From positions 1-64,000 of IMG/VR virus record IMGVR_UViG_3300012665_000990: a DNA stretch of 64,000 nt. The stretch is one strand, 5' to 3'. Positions within the stretch are counted from its first letter, which is position 1. Each line of letters begins with the position of its first letter. Made by a program: the position numbers and the translations under genes. The stretch comes from a virus. Its lineage: Duplodnaviria > Caudoviricetes. This document shows, piece after piece, positions 1-8,879 of the stretch. The notes beneath the pieces are model-generated. The model did not search any database, was not told the DNA's origin, and saw only the letters and a list, made by a program, of their open reading frames with translations.

Positions 1-65
1 CAACTGGATAGAGCAACAGCCTTCTAAGCTGTAGGTCGGGGGTTCGAGTCCCTCCCGGCAGGCCA
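1..65 (+). tRNA. tRNA-Arg(TCT), 5' end cut off by the window
   Basis: Anticodon stem ACAGC/GCTGT around loop CTTCTAA (anticodon TCT, 23-25); T-arm GGGGG-TTCGAGT-CCCTC; encoded CCA at 63-65. Confidence 0.92.
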
Positions 66-80
66 CTAATCGAGAACAGA

Positions 81-911
81 ATGAAGATAAACCTAGTAAG
101 CGACATGCACTTAAACTTCCAGGATATAGTACTTCCTGGTGGTGACGTACTCATCATGGCTGGCGATATCATAGAAGCTGGACACTTGCGTCTTGCTGAC
201 AATGCTAAAAAAGATACTTTCCTAGCCGATAGATATCGTAGATTCTTCACTGAAGAAATGCCTAAGTATCGTAAAGTAATTTACGTTATGGGCAATCACG
301 AACACTATAACAACAGTTACGATGACACTGACGTTCGTATTCGTAGAGAATTGCCAGACAATGTCTATTTCCTTGAACAGGAGTCAGTGCAAATTGACGA
401 TGTACACTTTTTTGGTGCTACCTTTTGGACAGATATGAACAAAGGTGATCCGACGAGTATGCATATTATTAAACAGAGTATGAGCGACTTTAAAGTTATC
501 AAATTTGGTCACGGCATTCGCATTGATAGTTTGTATGGTGACAGCTATTGGACCAACCAATTTACTCCTGCTTATGCGGCCAGTGTGTTTAAAGATACCG
601 TGAATAAACTCAAAGTGTTTTTGGATGAACACAAAGACGACAAAGTAGTTGTAGTCAGTCATCATGCTCCTACATCATTGAGCATTGATCCAATGTACAA
701 AGACGACCATCACATGAATGGTGCATATTACAGTGACTTGTCTAATTTAATTTTAGACAATCCCCAAATTAAAACTTGGGTTCACGGCCATATGCACAAT
801 CAAAGTGACTACATGGTAGGTAGTACTCGTGTTCTTACTAACCCACGTGGTTATGCAGGATACGAAACTATTGCCAATACATTTGACCCAAATTTTAGTT
901 TTGAGGTATAA
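81..911 (+). CDS. Calcineurin-like metallophosphoesterase
   Basis: Motifs SDMH, AGD, GNHEH, SHH, HGH in canonical order. Confidence 0.88.
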   Translation: MKINLVSDMHLNFQDIVLPGGDVLIMAGDIIEAGHLRLADNAKKDTFLADRYRRFFTEEMPKYRKVIYVMGNHEHYNNSYDDTDVRIRRELPDNVYFLEQESVQIDDVHFFGATFWTDMNKGDPTSMHIIKQSMSDFKVIKFGHGIRIDSLYGDSYWTNQFTPAYAASVFKDTVNKLKVFLDEHKDDKVVVVSHHAPTSLSIDPMYKDDHHMNGAYYSDLSNLILDNPQIKTWVHGHMHNQSDYMVGSTRVLTNPRGYAGYETIANTFDPNFSFEV

Positions 912-1132
912 TGAGAACAATACTTGATATTAGTAGGCGACCACTGGCAAAGTTTGATCCTAGTAATAAAGAGCATAGAAGGTATTACGCTCATTATAAA
1001 GAAAATAGAACTTGGGGTCATTGTCCTGTAGAGTTTTGGGTACCTCACAATTATGGCAATGTTGCCAGTATGTGTGAGTTACTCTTAACTGAATATTATC
1101 TAAAAAGCGAATTTAAATTTAGGAAGAAATAA
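911..1132 (+). CDS. Hypothetical protein
   Basis: 73-aa ORF translationally coupled to the upstream gene. Confidence 0.6.
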   Translation: MRTILDISRRPLAKFDPSNKEHRRYYAHYKENRTWGHCPVEFWVPHNYGNVASMCELLLTEYYLKSEFKFRKK

Positions 1133-1133
1133 C

Positions 1134-1427
1134 ATGGAAGAACTGGCACTAGAAGAAAAACGTAACGAGCTTGTGAGCATTTTGAAAAGCAATATCTGCA
1201 ATGTTACATTTACTAAAATTAATGGCGAACAGCGTACAATGCCTTGTACATTGAAGGAAGGAGTAATTCCTCCAGCACCTGTACACGAAACTAATACTGA
1301 TAATCCCGTTGACTTTCCTAAAGAAAAGAAAGTTAATCCAAATACACTGAGTGTTTGGTGTTTGGATAAGAAAGAGTGGCGTAGTTTTCGAGTAGCGAAT
1401 GTAACCAATGTGGAAATTTCAGAGTAA
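1134..1427 (+). CDS. WYL_2/DUF2693-like Sm/SH3 beta-barrel protein
   Basis: VTFTKINGEQRTMPCTL ... VWCLDKKEWRSFR pattern recognised as typical of this phage family. Confidence 0.7.
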   Translation: MEELALEEKRNELVSILKSNICNVTFTKINGEQRTMPCTLKEGVIPPAPVHETNTDNPVDFPKEKKVNPNTLSVWCLDKKEWRSFRVANVTNVEISE

Positions 1428-1642
1428 TGCCTACAGCAACCGTTAAATACGACGAAGCAACAGACGACTATTACTTAGAGTTCCCAGAAGGTTTTACGGA
1501 ACAAATGGGTTGGAAAGTTGGCGATACTTTAAAATGGACTCCACATGAAAATGGCAGTTGGTCAATCACGAAAAAAGAAGATGACAGTGTCGGATCCGAT
1601 AACACGGAAGGAAATGTTCCGCCTGATGGAACCCTTACGTGA
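1427..1642 (+). CDS. AbrB/SpoVT-like DNA-binding protein
   Basis: YLEFPE..EQMGWKVGDTLKW ... GSWSITK swapped-hairpin pattern. Confidence 0.6.
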   Translation: MPTATVKYDEATDDYYLEFPEGFTEQMGWKVGDTLKWTPHENGSWSITKKEDDSVGSDNTEGNVPPDGTLT

Positions 1643-2258
1643 TAAAATTATAGGGATACCACGCAGTAAAAACGAACTCAGTAACATCATAGGTGAGATG
1701 CTGAGCCATCAGTTCAATGCAAATATCATGCAAGCTGATGCAGATCAAGTAGACATTGGTGACATGAACATGAATGCCTGCTATGATCCAGAAATGGACA
1801 GTTTTGGTAAGGCTTGTATTGAAATTACATTAGTTTATAGTCCTTATGAAACAATGTTGATCTTTGATAATGATGGATTTGATGCTTTAACTAGACGATT
1901 GTGTGATGCAGTTGCACATGAACAGATTCACAAACATCAATACAGAGAACGTTTTTGGGAATGTTGGGACTACGATATTCCAGAAGGTGAAGATGATGTT
2001 AAAATTGCCCGTATGTATTTAGGTAACAAGGACGAAATTGATGCCTACAGCCATAACATTGCAAACGAACTTTTAGATTATACAGATTGCCAAAATGCAT
2101 TGACACTGCTCGCTAATTTTAGTACAATAAGACTTGAACAAAGTGTTAATTTATGGGTGTATGTAAATACATTTGGTAGAGACATTAACCATCCAGTGAT
2201 CAAAAGATTACTAAAAAAGATTATACGAAGACTCCCTGAGCTAGAATTACAGAGATAA
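1581..2258 (+). CDS. Hypothetical protein with HExxH zinc-metallopeptidase-like motif
   Basis: AHEQIHKHQ followed by EIDAY; start placed at the third Met of the track ORF 1545..2258. Confidence 0.55.
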   Translation: MTVSDPITRKEMFRLMEPLRDKIIGIPRSKNELSNIIGEMLSHQFNANIMQADADQVDIGDMNMNACYDPEMDSFGKACIEITLVYSPYETMLIFDNDGFDALTRRLCDAVAHEQIHKHQYRERFWECWDYDIPEGEDDVKIARMYLGNKDEIDAYSHNIANELLDYTDCQNALTLLANFSTIRLEQSVNLWVYVNTFGRDINHPVIKRLLKKIIRRLPELELQR

Positions 2259-2268
2259 ATATAACACT

Positions 2269-2361
2269 ATGAAGACAACAGCGTATCAATATACATCAAA
2301 CAAGAAGGTTCCTTCTTCAGTTGTCTTTACATCCTTACTCCCACGAATACGATTACGTTAA
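2269..2361 (+). CDS. Possible 30-aa small ORF or structured leader upstream of tRNAs
   Basis: ATG 7 nt after TAAATA (2256-2261); MKTTAYQYTSNKKVPSSVVFTSLLPRIRLR*; overlaps nested inverted repeats. Confidence 0.3.
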   Translation: MKTTAYQYTSNKKVPSSVVFTSLLPRIRLR

Positions 2362-2376
2362 ACACTTAGGCCTAAT

Positions 2377-2468
2377 GCCCCTGTAGTTTAATGGTAAAAC
2401 AGCGGATTTATATCCCGTGTGCAACAGATAATTGGCCAATGTCGGTTCGACTCCGGCCGGGGGTACCA
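2377..2468 (+). tRNA. tRNA-Ile(TAT)-like with extended variable region
   Basis: Acceptor GCCCCTG/CGGGGGT, T-arm GTCGG-TTCGACT-CCGGC, anticodon loop TTTATAT (TAT at 2409-2411), 22-nt variable region, CCA at 2466-2468. Confidence 0.7.
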
Positions 2469-2477
2469 AAATAATTC

Positions 2478-2507
2478 TTGACAACAACAACATAATACTG
2501 CTATAAT
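2478..2507 (+). promoter_or_regulatory. sigma70-type promoter for tRNA-Leu
   Basis: TTGACA-18nt-TATAAT. Confidence 0.7.
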
Positions 2508-2523
2508 AGTTTTGATAGATAAT

Positions 2524-2608
2524 GCGACTGTGGTGAAATAGGTAGACACAAGAGACTTAAAATCTCTCGCTTTCGGGCATCCCGGTTCGATTCCGGGCAG
2601 TCGCACCA
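2524..2608 (+). tRNA. tRNA-Leu(TAA)
   Basis: Acceptor GCGACTG/CAGTCGC, anticodon stem AGAGA/TCTCT with loop CTTAAAA, long variable arm, CCA end. Confidence 0.95.
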
Positions 2609-2626
2609 AACTTTATAGGATAGTTG

Positions 2627-2980
2627 ATGAATACAAATCAAATTTTAATAGGTTGCCTAGCGTTCTTAATTTTATGTGGTGCTGTATATCGCCACATAGG
2701 ATTTGCCAAGATGAAAGAATGTTACGGCATGTGGTTTACAAAGGAATATTGGACAGACTACAATACTGTAGAGTTTGCCAGTTGGGCGGCTAAGGCCTGT
2801 ATCATTATTCCTGGCTTGATATTTGGCATTAGCATTTGGTGGTTATATTTCTTTACATTAGCAACAAGTCTAACACTTATTTGGGCTAGTGAGAAAAAGC
2901 TACTTCCAACCTTAGTAGGATTTAATACTATATGGGTATGGATTAGTTGCATGGTATTGGCACAACATTTGATAGGATAA
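2627..2980 (+). CDS. Hypothetical membrane protein
   Basis: Several hydrophobic segments; SD-like GGA upstream. Confidence 0.65.
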   Translation: MNTNQILIGCLAFLILCGAVYRHIGFAKMKECYGMWFTKEYWTDYNTVEFASWAAKACIIIPGLIFGISIWWLYFFTLATSLTLIWASEKKLLPTLVGFNTIWVWISCMVLAQHLIG

Positions 2981-2982
2981 AA

Positions 2983-3819
2983 ATGAGATCGCATTATTGG
3001 ACATGTAGTAAGTTTGCAGATTGGCTTCGCGGCACCACAAAACTCAAGTGTGGCACAAGCGAAGAATGGCACGAATGGGAGGATCGAGCCAAATCAGCAT
3101 ATCCCATTCGCTGGTGGTTGGCCGAAGAAGGACTAGATTATGTTCAAAAATTTGTTTATTACATTCCGGACAAACTAAATGATATTCGCTACTATATTAA
3201 TAATCGCTGGGTTAGTCGCAGTCATAGCCTTACTGCTCATGCCCGTGACATCAAGCCCGGACAATGGCAAGATGTGGGCAATCGTTTCTTGCCTTGCTTG
3301 TTTAACGAGCTTGTGGATTTTGTGGAAGTAGAACAAGCATGGCATCACTGCATGTGGAGTGATGATGCTAAGACTAAGTTTGATGTGCCTTGGTATCGCA
3401 GTGGATGGTTGCGTTGGCGCACATGGCGTTGTCCAGAAGCTGGCATGGAATATCTCAAGTGGGCTAGTGAACTTACTATAGGAGAAGATATGGGTGCCAC
3501 TCCTGGAGAGAAAGGTTTTGGCGAACCAACTTATCAAGCTAAAAGTGCTAAAGAAATTATCGAGTTGTACACTTGGTGGACTGTTACCTATCGCAATCGC
3601 CCAGACCCATACGAAGCAAGTGGTTGGAGTGCGGCATGCGAAGCAAGTCGTATTGCCAACGGTGGTCGTCTAAGTTTCAGTGGAGATAAAGATCCAGTTC
3701 TTAAAAAGGCAAGTGATAAAGCTCACAAGCTACTTCAAAAAATTGAAGCGGCTTATGAGAAAGAAGATGAAGAAATGATGATTCGTCTTATTAAAATTAG
3801 GCAATCACTATGGACATAA
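2983..3819 (+). CDS. Hypothetical Trp-rich protein
   Basis: Long ORF; AGGA SD upstream of ATG 2983. Confidence 0.7.
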   Translation: MRSHYWTCSKFADWLRGTTKLKCGTSEEWHEWEDRAKSAYPIRWWLAEEGLDYVQKFVYYIPDKLNDIRYYINNRWVSRSHSLTAHARDIKPGQWQDVGNRFLPCLFNELVDFVEVEQAWHHCMWSDDAKTKFDVPWYRSGWLRWRTWRCPEAGMEYLKWASELTIGEDMGATPGEKGFGEPTYQAKSAKEIIELYTWWTVTYRNRPDPYEASGWSAACEASRIANGGRLSFSGDKDPVLKKASDKAHKLLQKIEAAYEKEDEEMMIRLIKIRQSLWT

Positions 3820-3977
3820 AAGAATTTGAGAAGTTGCAACGAGTTGTAGAAGCATTACAACATCAAATGTCTTTATTGACACGCAATGTTGAAGTATTAA
3901 AAAGAGAAAACAACAGACAAAAGGCTGATATTAATCAAATTAGCCAATTTATTAATAGGATGAATAAAAATGGCTAA
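3810..3977 (+). CDS. Small coiled-coil hypothetical protein (not in ORF track)
   Basis: MDIKEFEKLQRVVEALQHQMSLLTRNVEVLKRENNRQK...; fills the gap, overlapping both neighbours. Confidence 0.55.
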   Translation: MDIKEFEKLQRVVEALQHQMSLLTRNVEVLKRENNRQKADINQISQFINRMNKNG

Positions 3978-4191
3978 TGATAATTTGCAAGAGTTGTACA
4001 CAAGATATATGCAGTTTACTGAACTAATGATTGAAGATAATAAACCATTAGAAATTGCCGCTACAATGATGGCACAGGCGTTAAGCATTTATAAGACAGT
4101 GTTAAATGAGGAAGACTATAATAGTATGGTTGACTCAATTTCAGATTCAAGAGACAAGGTCAAATCATTTGACGGACCATATATAAACTAA
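3970..4191 (+). CDS. Hypothetical protein
   Basis: Coupled ORF. Confidence 0.6.
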   Translation: MANDNLQELYTRYMQFTELMIEDNKPLEIAATMMAQALSIYKTVLNEEDYNSMVDSISDSRDKVKSFDGPYIN

Positions 4192-4204
4192 AGGAGATTT
4201 AAAA

Positions 4205-4396
4205 ATGTCAAAACTAACCAAATTAGCAAAAGTAAATGAATCAATTACTATCAATCGTTATGACAACGGTTGGATGGTAGAAGTCGGTGGTCGTGATAAC
4301 GACAACGAATGGAAAAACAGTAAGATTGTATGTAACACAGAAGAAGAAGTTCTTGCTGTAGTTAAAGAATACAACTCAATGGATTTGGACAACTAA
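4205..4396 (+). CDS. Hypothetical protein
   Basis: Strong SD AAGGAG upstream. Confidence 0.65.
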   Translation: MSKLTKLAKVNESITINRYDNGWMVEVGGRDNDNEWKNSKIVCNTEEEVLAVVKEYNSMDLDN

Positions 4397-4406
4397 GGAG
4401 ACAAAT

Positions 4407-5102
4407 ATGTTTGGTGCAAATTATACAAATGGCGGCGTTTTAAATTATCGCTCAGCAGAGGAAATTAATTCGGCTATGGGTCGTGTCTATGGACATATGG
4501 GCCTGGCAGTTGTTGTATCAATGCTGGTTAGTTACTTTGTGGGTACTAGTCCAGAATTACTACAATTCTTTTTTACAGGTGTATTAAAGTGGATTGTAAT
4601 TTTTGCTCCACTGGCGGCAATCTTTGGTGTCAGCTATGTGTTGGGCAATAATCCCACTAAAGGTGTAGCACAGTTATGTCTACATGGATTTGCGGCATTA
4701 ATGGGACTTAGTTTTTCCATGATCTTTGCTGTGTTCAACATGGGATCAATTGTTAGTGCGTTTATGGGTGCGGCAATCTTGTTTGGTGTTATGAGCGTGT
4801 ACGGTTATTTTACCAAAAAGGATCTAAGCTCAATGGGGCAAATGATGTTTGTTGGCTTGATTGCTATTGTCATTGCCAGCATTGTTAACATCTTTATTGG
4901 TTCAACAGTATTACAGATGGTTATCTCAGCGTTGGCTATCATTATCTTTTTGGGATTGACAGCATACGACACACAACAGATTCGTGAAGCAGTCAGTGTT
5001 GAAACTAGTCCAGCTGTGGAAGTAACAGGAGCATTGACATTGTATATGGACTTTATCAACTTGTTCCTAAACTTGTTGCAACTATTTGGTGATAGGAAAT
5101 AA
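4407..5102 (+). CDS. Bax inhibitor-1/YccA family membrane protein
   Basis: About 7 TM segments; GYFTKKDLSSMG, GLTAYDTQ, LYMDFINLF motifs; SD AAGGAG. Confidence 0.9.
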   Translation: MFGANYTNGGVLNYRSAEEINSAMGRVYGHMGLAVVVSMLVSYFVGTSPELLQFFFTGVLKWIVIFAPLAAIFGVSYVLGNNPTKGVAQLCLHGFAALMGLSFSMIFAVFNMGSIVSAFMGAAILFGVMSVYGYFTKKDLSSMGQMMFVGLIAIVIASIVNIFIGSTVLQMVISALAIIIFLGLTAYDTQQIREAVSVETSPAVEVTGALTLYMDFINLFLNLLQLFGDRK

Positions 5103-5104
5103 TC

Positions 5105-5488
5105 ATGACTACTTGGGTACTTACAACCATTGATAAGAAAAGTGTTGAGGAAATTGAGTTTTGGACCAAAGACGGACAAACTATCAAACGTATTACTGGA
5201 TTTCGTTGGGGTAAAGTTTATTGCGAAAGCGATGAGAAACCTGATATTGATTTAGAAAATCCTGATGGCATTAGCGTATTTGATTGCGGATATGATTTTG
5301 AACTTGACAGTTTAGATGATGGATGGTATGCTGATGTTGAGTACCCAGATGACATGAATGAGGAAGAACGAGTACGTATGGACGAACTCTGGGAAGAAGA
5401 ATCATATGATGGTTGGGAAGGTGAAGATTGGAGCCAAAGTGAATGTGAAACTTGGTTTTATGGCCCTTTAAGTTTGGAAGAAGAATGA
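5105..5488 (+). CDS. Acidic hypothetical protein
   Basis: Coupled ORF, D/E-rich. Confidence 0.65.
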   Translation: MTTWVLTTIDKKSVEEIEFWTKDGQTIKRITGFRWGKVYCESDEKPDIDLENPDGISVFDCGYDFELDSLDDGWYADVEYPDDMNEEERVRMDELWEEESYDGWEGEDWSQSECETWFYGPLSLEEE

Positions 5489-5880
5489 AAACACAAATTC
5501 CAGCAGAAGGCATAATGCAAACAAACGATTGGGGGGACTCAAAAGTTTATCGTATTGCTTGTAATTGCCATGACGAAAATCACAATCATAATATGTGGGT
5601 AGAAGCAGATGATTGTGACATTGTTGTAACCATTTATACTACAGGCAAAACAAATTGGTGGAGTAAAACACGTTGGTATCATATTTGGACATTACTGACT
5701 AAAGGGTATATTGATACCGAATCTTCAGTGCATCTAAGTAAACAGCAAGCTCTTAACTATTCAGAAACGTTAAAGTCTGCAATTATAGATGTTGAAAAGT
5801 TTAGGGAGAATAAAAATGCAAACAGCAAAACAAATGACAGACGATCTAATAAATCAAGCCAAAAAGATGAAACGGTTTGA
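5485..5880 (+). CDS. Hypothetical protein
   Basis: ATGA overlap with upstream stop. Confidence 0.65.
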   Translation: MKTQIPAEGIMQTNDWGDSKVYRIACNCHDENHNHNMWVEADDCDIVVTIYTTGKTNWWSKTRWYHIWTLLTKGYIDTESSVHLSKQQALNYSETLKSAIIDVEKFRENKNANSKTNDRRSNKSSQKDETV

Positions 5881-6040
5881 AGTTAGACGTCAAGTAGAAG
5901 ATAATTGGATGCCTTACGGAAGTGTCCCGTTTGACATCCATATTAAAAATAACATTGCCACAGTAAGTGTTATTGCAGAAACACAAGATCAAGCCGAAGA
6001 ACAAGTAACAAAGTATATTGATAGAGATGACTATATCTAA
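5816..6040 (+). CDS. Hypothetical protein
   Basis: GGGAG SD upstream of ATG 5816. Confidence 0.6.
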   Translation: MQTAKQMTDDLINQAKKMKRFEVRRQVEDNWMPYGSVPFDIHIKNNIATVSVIAETQDQAEEQVTKYIDRDDYI

Positions 6041-6575
6041 TGTTTCAAAAAGTCCTGAACGACATACTTTTCAAAAAAACGGTTATATTAAACGATGTAA
6101 TGAAGAAGGTAAGGAGCCTGATCCTTCTATAATTGAAATGTATGAAAGTTGGGCAAGGGACGATGTATACGAAAATCGTCCAGAAGCAGATCTTGAATTT
6201 GATCTGCGTACTACTGATTGGATTTTGGAAAAGGCACGTACCCGAGATGATTATGCCCAAAACATCTATGCCGCTATGTGTAATATGCGTTGGCAACGTT
6301 TAGAAGTTTTTCCAATTTTAAAAGATGAATTTTGGAGTTGTAGTTGGCGTAGTGCAGGCGGCATTGTTGCAGATATGCTACAGAAAGGTGACTACATTGA
6401 ATGGTACTGTAGTGGAATGGGCGGGTTATCTCAGGACTGGGACGAAGATAAAGAAACTTTTGAAATGTGGCAAGCCCGTACCAAGTATGTACCTGAAGGA
6501 ACTGTTACTGAAGAAATTCGAGCAGATTTCCAAAAATTAGGATGGGTACCTAGTGAATGGCCTAACGATAACTAA
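6018..6575 (+). CDS. Hypothetical protein
   Basis: 185-aa ORF; SWRSAGGIVADM..GDYIEWYCSG segment. Confidence 0.65.
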   Translation: MIEMTISNVSKSPERHTFQKNGYIKRCNEEGKEPDPSIIEMYESWARDDVYENRPEADLEFDLRTTDWILEKARTRDDYAQNIYAAMCNMRWQRLEVFPILKDEFWSCSWRSAGGIVADMLQKGDYIEWYCSGMGGLSQDWDEDKETFEMWQARTKYVPEGTVTEEIRADFQKLGWVPSEWPNDN

Positions 6576-6592
6576 TTTGGTAAAACCGATAC

Positions 6593-6621
6593 TTGACTTC
6601 CTATCAGATTTCCTTTATAAT
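6593..6621 (+). promoter_or_regulatory. sigma70-type promoter
   Basis: TTGACT-17nt-TATAAT. Confidence 0.75.
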
Positions 6622-6653
6622 AACTACATTACTTACTAGAGTAGGAGCATCAA

Positions 6654-7850
6654 ATGGCAACTAAACTGCAAAAAGCAAGCATCGCAATCCGTCAAAACAG
6701 AGGTAAAGACCTAAGTCCCAAGTGGGATGAAACAGAAAAGATGACCGCTGATCAGTATTCGCGGCATTGGCATATGGCTATGAATTTCTATCGTATGGAA
6801 TTCAATGCTAAGGATTTGAAACCACGTGTTATCATGTGGATGAGTGATAACGGTTATACAGCAGAACAAATTAAACGTTTTAAGAAGATTAAAGATTGGC
6901 GTTGTAATAGTACTATGGGTGGTATTGCCAGTTGCCTAATGCGTGGTATGCCAGAAAGTCGTCCAGATTTTAATGAAGGCCGCAGTAACGTAGAATGGTT
7001 AAAGAACGCTATTCAACGTTCTATGGAAGAAGGCGTATACGATATTGATGAGGAAGAAGTTGCTGAAGATAAGGCTACGGCCAAAGCTAAAGCAGATGTA
7101 TACGTTCCTAGTATCCAAGATCGTTTGCGTGAAGCCGCTGGTGCTATGAGCGAAGAATTGGACGAAGCTATTGATGTGTATATTGCAGATCCTGATGCAT
7201 TTGATCCTAAAGCATTTAAAGTCGTTAACCTGCTCAAAGGTAAAGGTGTTAAAGCCGCACATGCCCGAATTATCAAAGGTTACTTTGAAGGTCCGTTAGA
7301 AGAATATAACGAGCTCTTGGGTAAGGATCCTGATCCGCAATTGATTGAAGGTTATAGTTCTTATACAAAACGTAATCAAAAGAAAATGCAGGACTTTTTG
7401 AATAGCATTATGATTGCTTGTGACCAAATTATTGGCGAAGCTAAAATTAATAAGGCTCCACGTAAAAAGAAAGTTAAGCCTGCAGAAGATTTGGTTAAGC
7501 GTCTTAAGTTCCAGAAGAGTGATGACAGTCTTGGCATTGTATCAGTTCCGCCAGCAAGCATTGTTGGTGCACAGGCCATGTTTGTATACAGCACAAAGAC
7601 ACGTAAGATTGGTTACTATATTGCTATGAACAGTCAAGGCTTTGAAGTTAAGGGCACAACTGTTCTTAACTTTACTGACAAGAGTGTGCAGAAAACTTTG
7701 CGTAAACCTGCAGAGCAATTGAAAGCCTTTAAGGATTTGAACACACAAAAGCGTATGCAGACTTGGTTTGAAAAGGACATTAAGACTACAGAGATTGGGC
7801 TTAACGGTCGATTCAATGAAGAAATTATTATTCTAAAAGTCTTTAAATGA
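6654..7850 (+). CDS. Large basic hypothetical protein
   Basis: 398-aa ORF with own promoter and SD AGGAG. Confidence 0.75.
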   Translation: MATKLQKASIAIRQNRGKDLSPKWDETEKMTADQYSRHWHMAMNFYRMEFNAKDLKPRVIMWMSDNGYTAEQIKRFKKIKDWRCNSTMGGIASCLMRGMPESRPDFNEGRSNVEWLKNAIQRSMEEGVYDIDEEEVAEDKATAKAKADVYVPSIQDRLREAAGAMSEELDEAIDVYIADPDAFDPKAFKVVNLLKGKGVKAAHARIIKGYFEGPLEEYNELLGKDPDPQLIEGYSSYTKRNQKKMQDFLNSIMIACDQIIGEAKINKAPRKKKVKPAEDLVKRLKFQKSDDSLGIVSVPPASIVGAQAMFVYSTKTRKIGYYIAMNSQGFEVKGTTVLNFTDKSVQKTLRKPAEQLKAFKDLNTQKRMQTWFEKDIKTTEIGLNGRFNEEIIILKVFK

Positions 7851-8014
7851 AATTAAGCAAATTTAGACTATGGGTTCAAAATATTTGGATGGACAATAGG
7901 GAAGAATATCTTCAATCAAATGAACTTCCTTATTCCATGCAAGAGTATTGGAACAAATATAAGTATTGGCTTAAACGTGAGTACCAACATCAAACAAAGG
8001 TAAAAAGTGAATAA
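7847..8014 (+). CDS. Small hypothetical protein (not in ORF track)
   Basis: MKLSKFRLWVQNIWMDNREEY...; ATGA overlap with upstream stop. Confidence 0.55.
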   Translation: MKLSKFRLWVQNIWMDNREEYLQSNELPYSMQEYWNKYKYWLKREYQHQTKVKSE

Positions 8015-8204
8015 GCTAATTGGAACATTAATGTTCGTTGCAATCGTAGGAATCTACATTATATTATTTTATGTAGTGATGACCAATCAACCTAGGACTG
8101 TAATTTATAATTGTAGCATTGCTGAAATCAGTCCAGACTTTCCACCCAAAGCTCGTGAAGAATGTAGAAAACTTAGAGCAGACAAGATCACAACAACTAT
8201 ATGA
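8007..8204 (+). CDS. Small membrane-anchored protein
   Basis: N-terminal TM helix; C-x-x-AEISPDFP...C. Confidence 0.6.
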   Translation: MNKLIGTLMFVAIVGIYIILFYVVMTNQPRTVIYNCSIAEISPDFPPKAREECRKLRADKITTTI

Positions 8205-8455
8205 CATTACCAGATGAAAGATATCGCGCAGTAGTACAAACTCGAAGATTCTTATTGGATCTTTGTAATACACAACATACTCCACGGGTGCCGAAATTGA
8301 TAAGAGAAACTGCTCGTAGTATGTTGCGTCACTATCCTAGTGACTATGAAATGCAACGTGCGGCTGAAGGTTCACCTGATATTTTCCAAGAACGTATGGA
8401 CGACTTACATAAATTTTTATTAAAAGGTAGAGAAGTAAATGAAAATCGGTCTTAG
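8201..8455 (+). CDS. BPSL0761-like hypothetical protein
   Basis: MTLPDERYRAV...TPRVPK.IR..AR..LRHYP pattern. Confidence 0.6.
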   Translation: MTLPDERYRAVVQTRRFLLDLCNTQHTPRVPKLIRETARSMLRHYPSDYEMQRAAEGSPDIFQERMDDLHKFLLKGREVNENRS

Positions 8456-8879
8456 TTATAGCCGTTGTGTCCGTGACATAGTAGATGGTGTTGTGGATAT
8501 TGATGACGTATTGGTCCTAATCACTCGTACAGATTTTGATCCCCGTGATGACGAACAGTGGCAGGGTATTTGGATTGGCTACGGTGGTGGCACTGTTAAT
8601 GCTTACGCACAAGGATTCTTTAGTCATAGCAATCCAGAATGGGCTGGCTATACTGACGAAGAAAAATTCCGTAAGGTGAGTATTGAACTTTGGGAAACTG
8701 GTAAACTCCATCAGCCTCGTAAGTTTGGAGCTCATCCTAGTCGCCGTCCTGAAATTTGGCTTGAAACAGTTTTGCCAAATAGTGAGTTGGTTACTAATCC
8801 AGCCGCTAAGAAGGCATGGGATAATTTTCAAACTATTGCCGGTCTATCCAACGTTAATTTAGATAAGGAGTATCGTTGA
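8439..8879 (+). CDS. Hypothetical protein
   Basis: Coupled ORF. Confidence 0.65.
   Translation: MKIGLSYSRCVRDIVDGVVDIDDVLVLITRTDFDPRDDEQWQGIWIGYGGGTVNAYAQGFFSHSNPEWAGYTDEEKFRKVSIELWETGKLHQPRKFGAHPSRRPEIWLETVLPNSELVTNPAAKKAWDNFQTIAGLSNVNLDKEYR

Noticed and set aside
2481-2492. ACAACAACAACA microrepeat
   Set aside because: A short tract within a promoter spacer; within chance expectation for AT-rich DNA.
2388-2609. Minus-strand 73-aa ORF
   Set aside because: It is the antisense shadow of the two tRNA genes.
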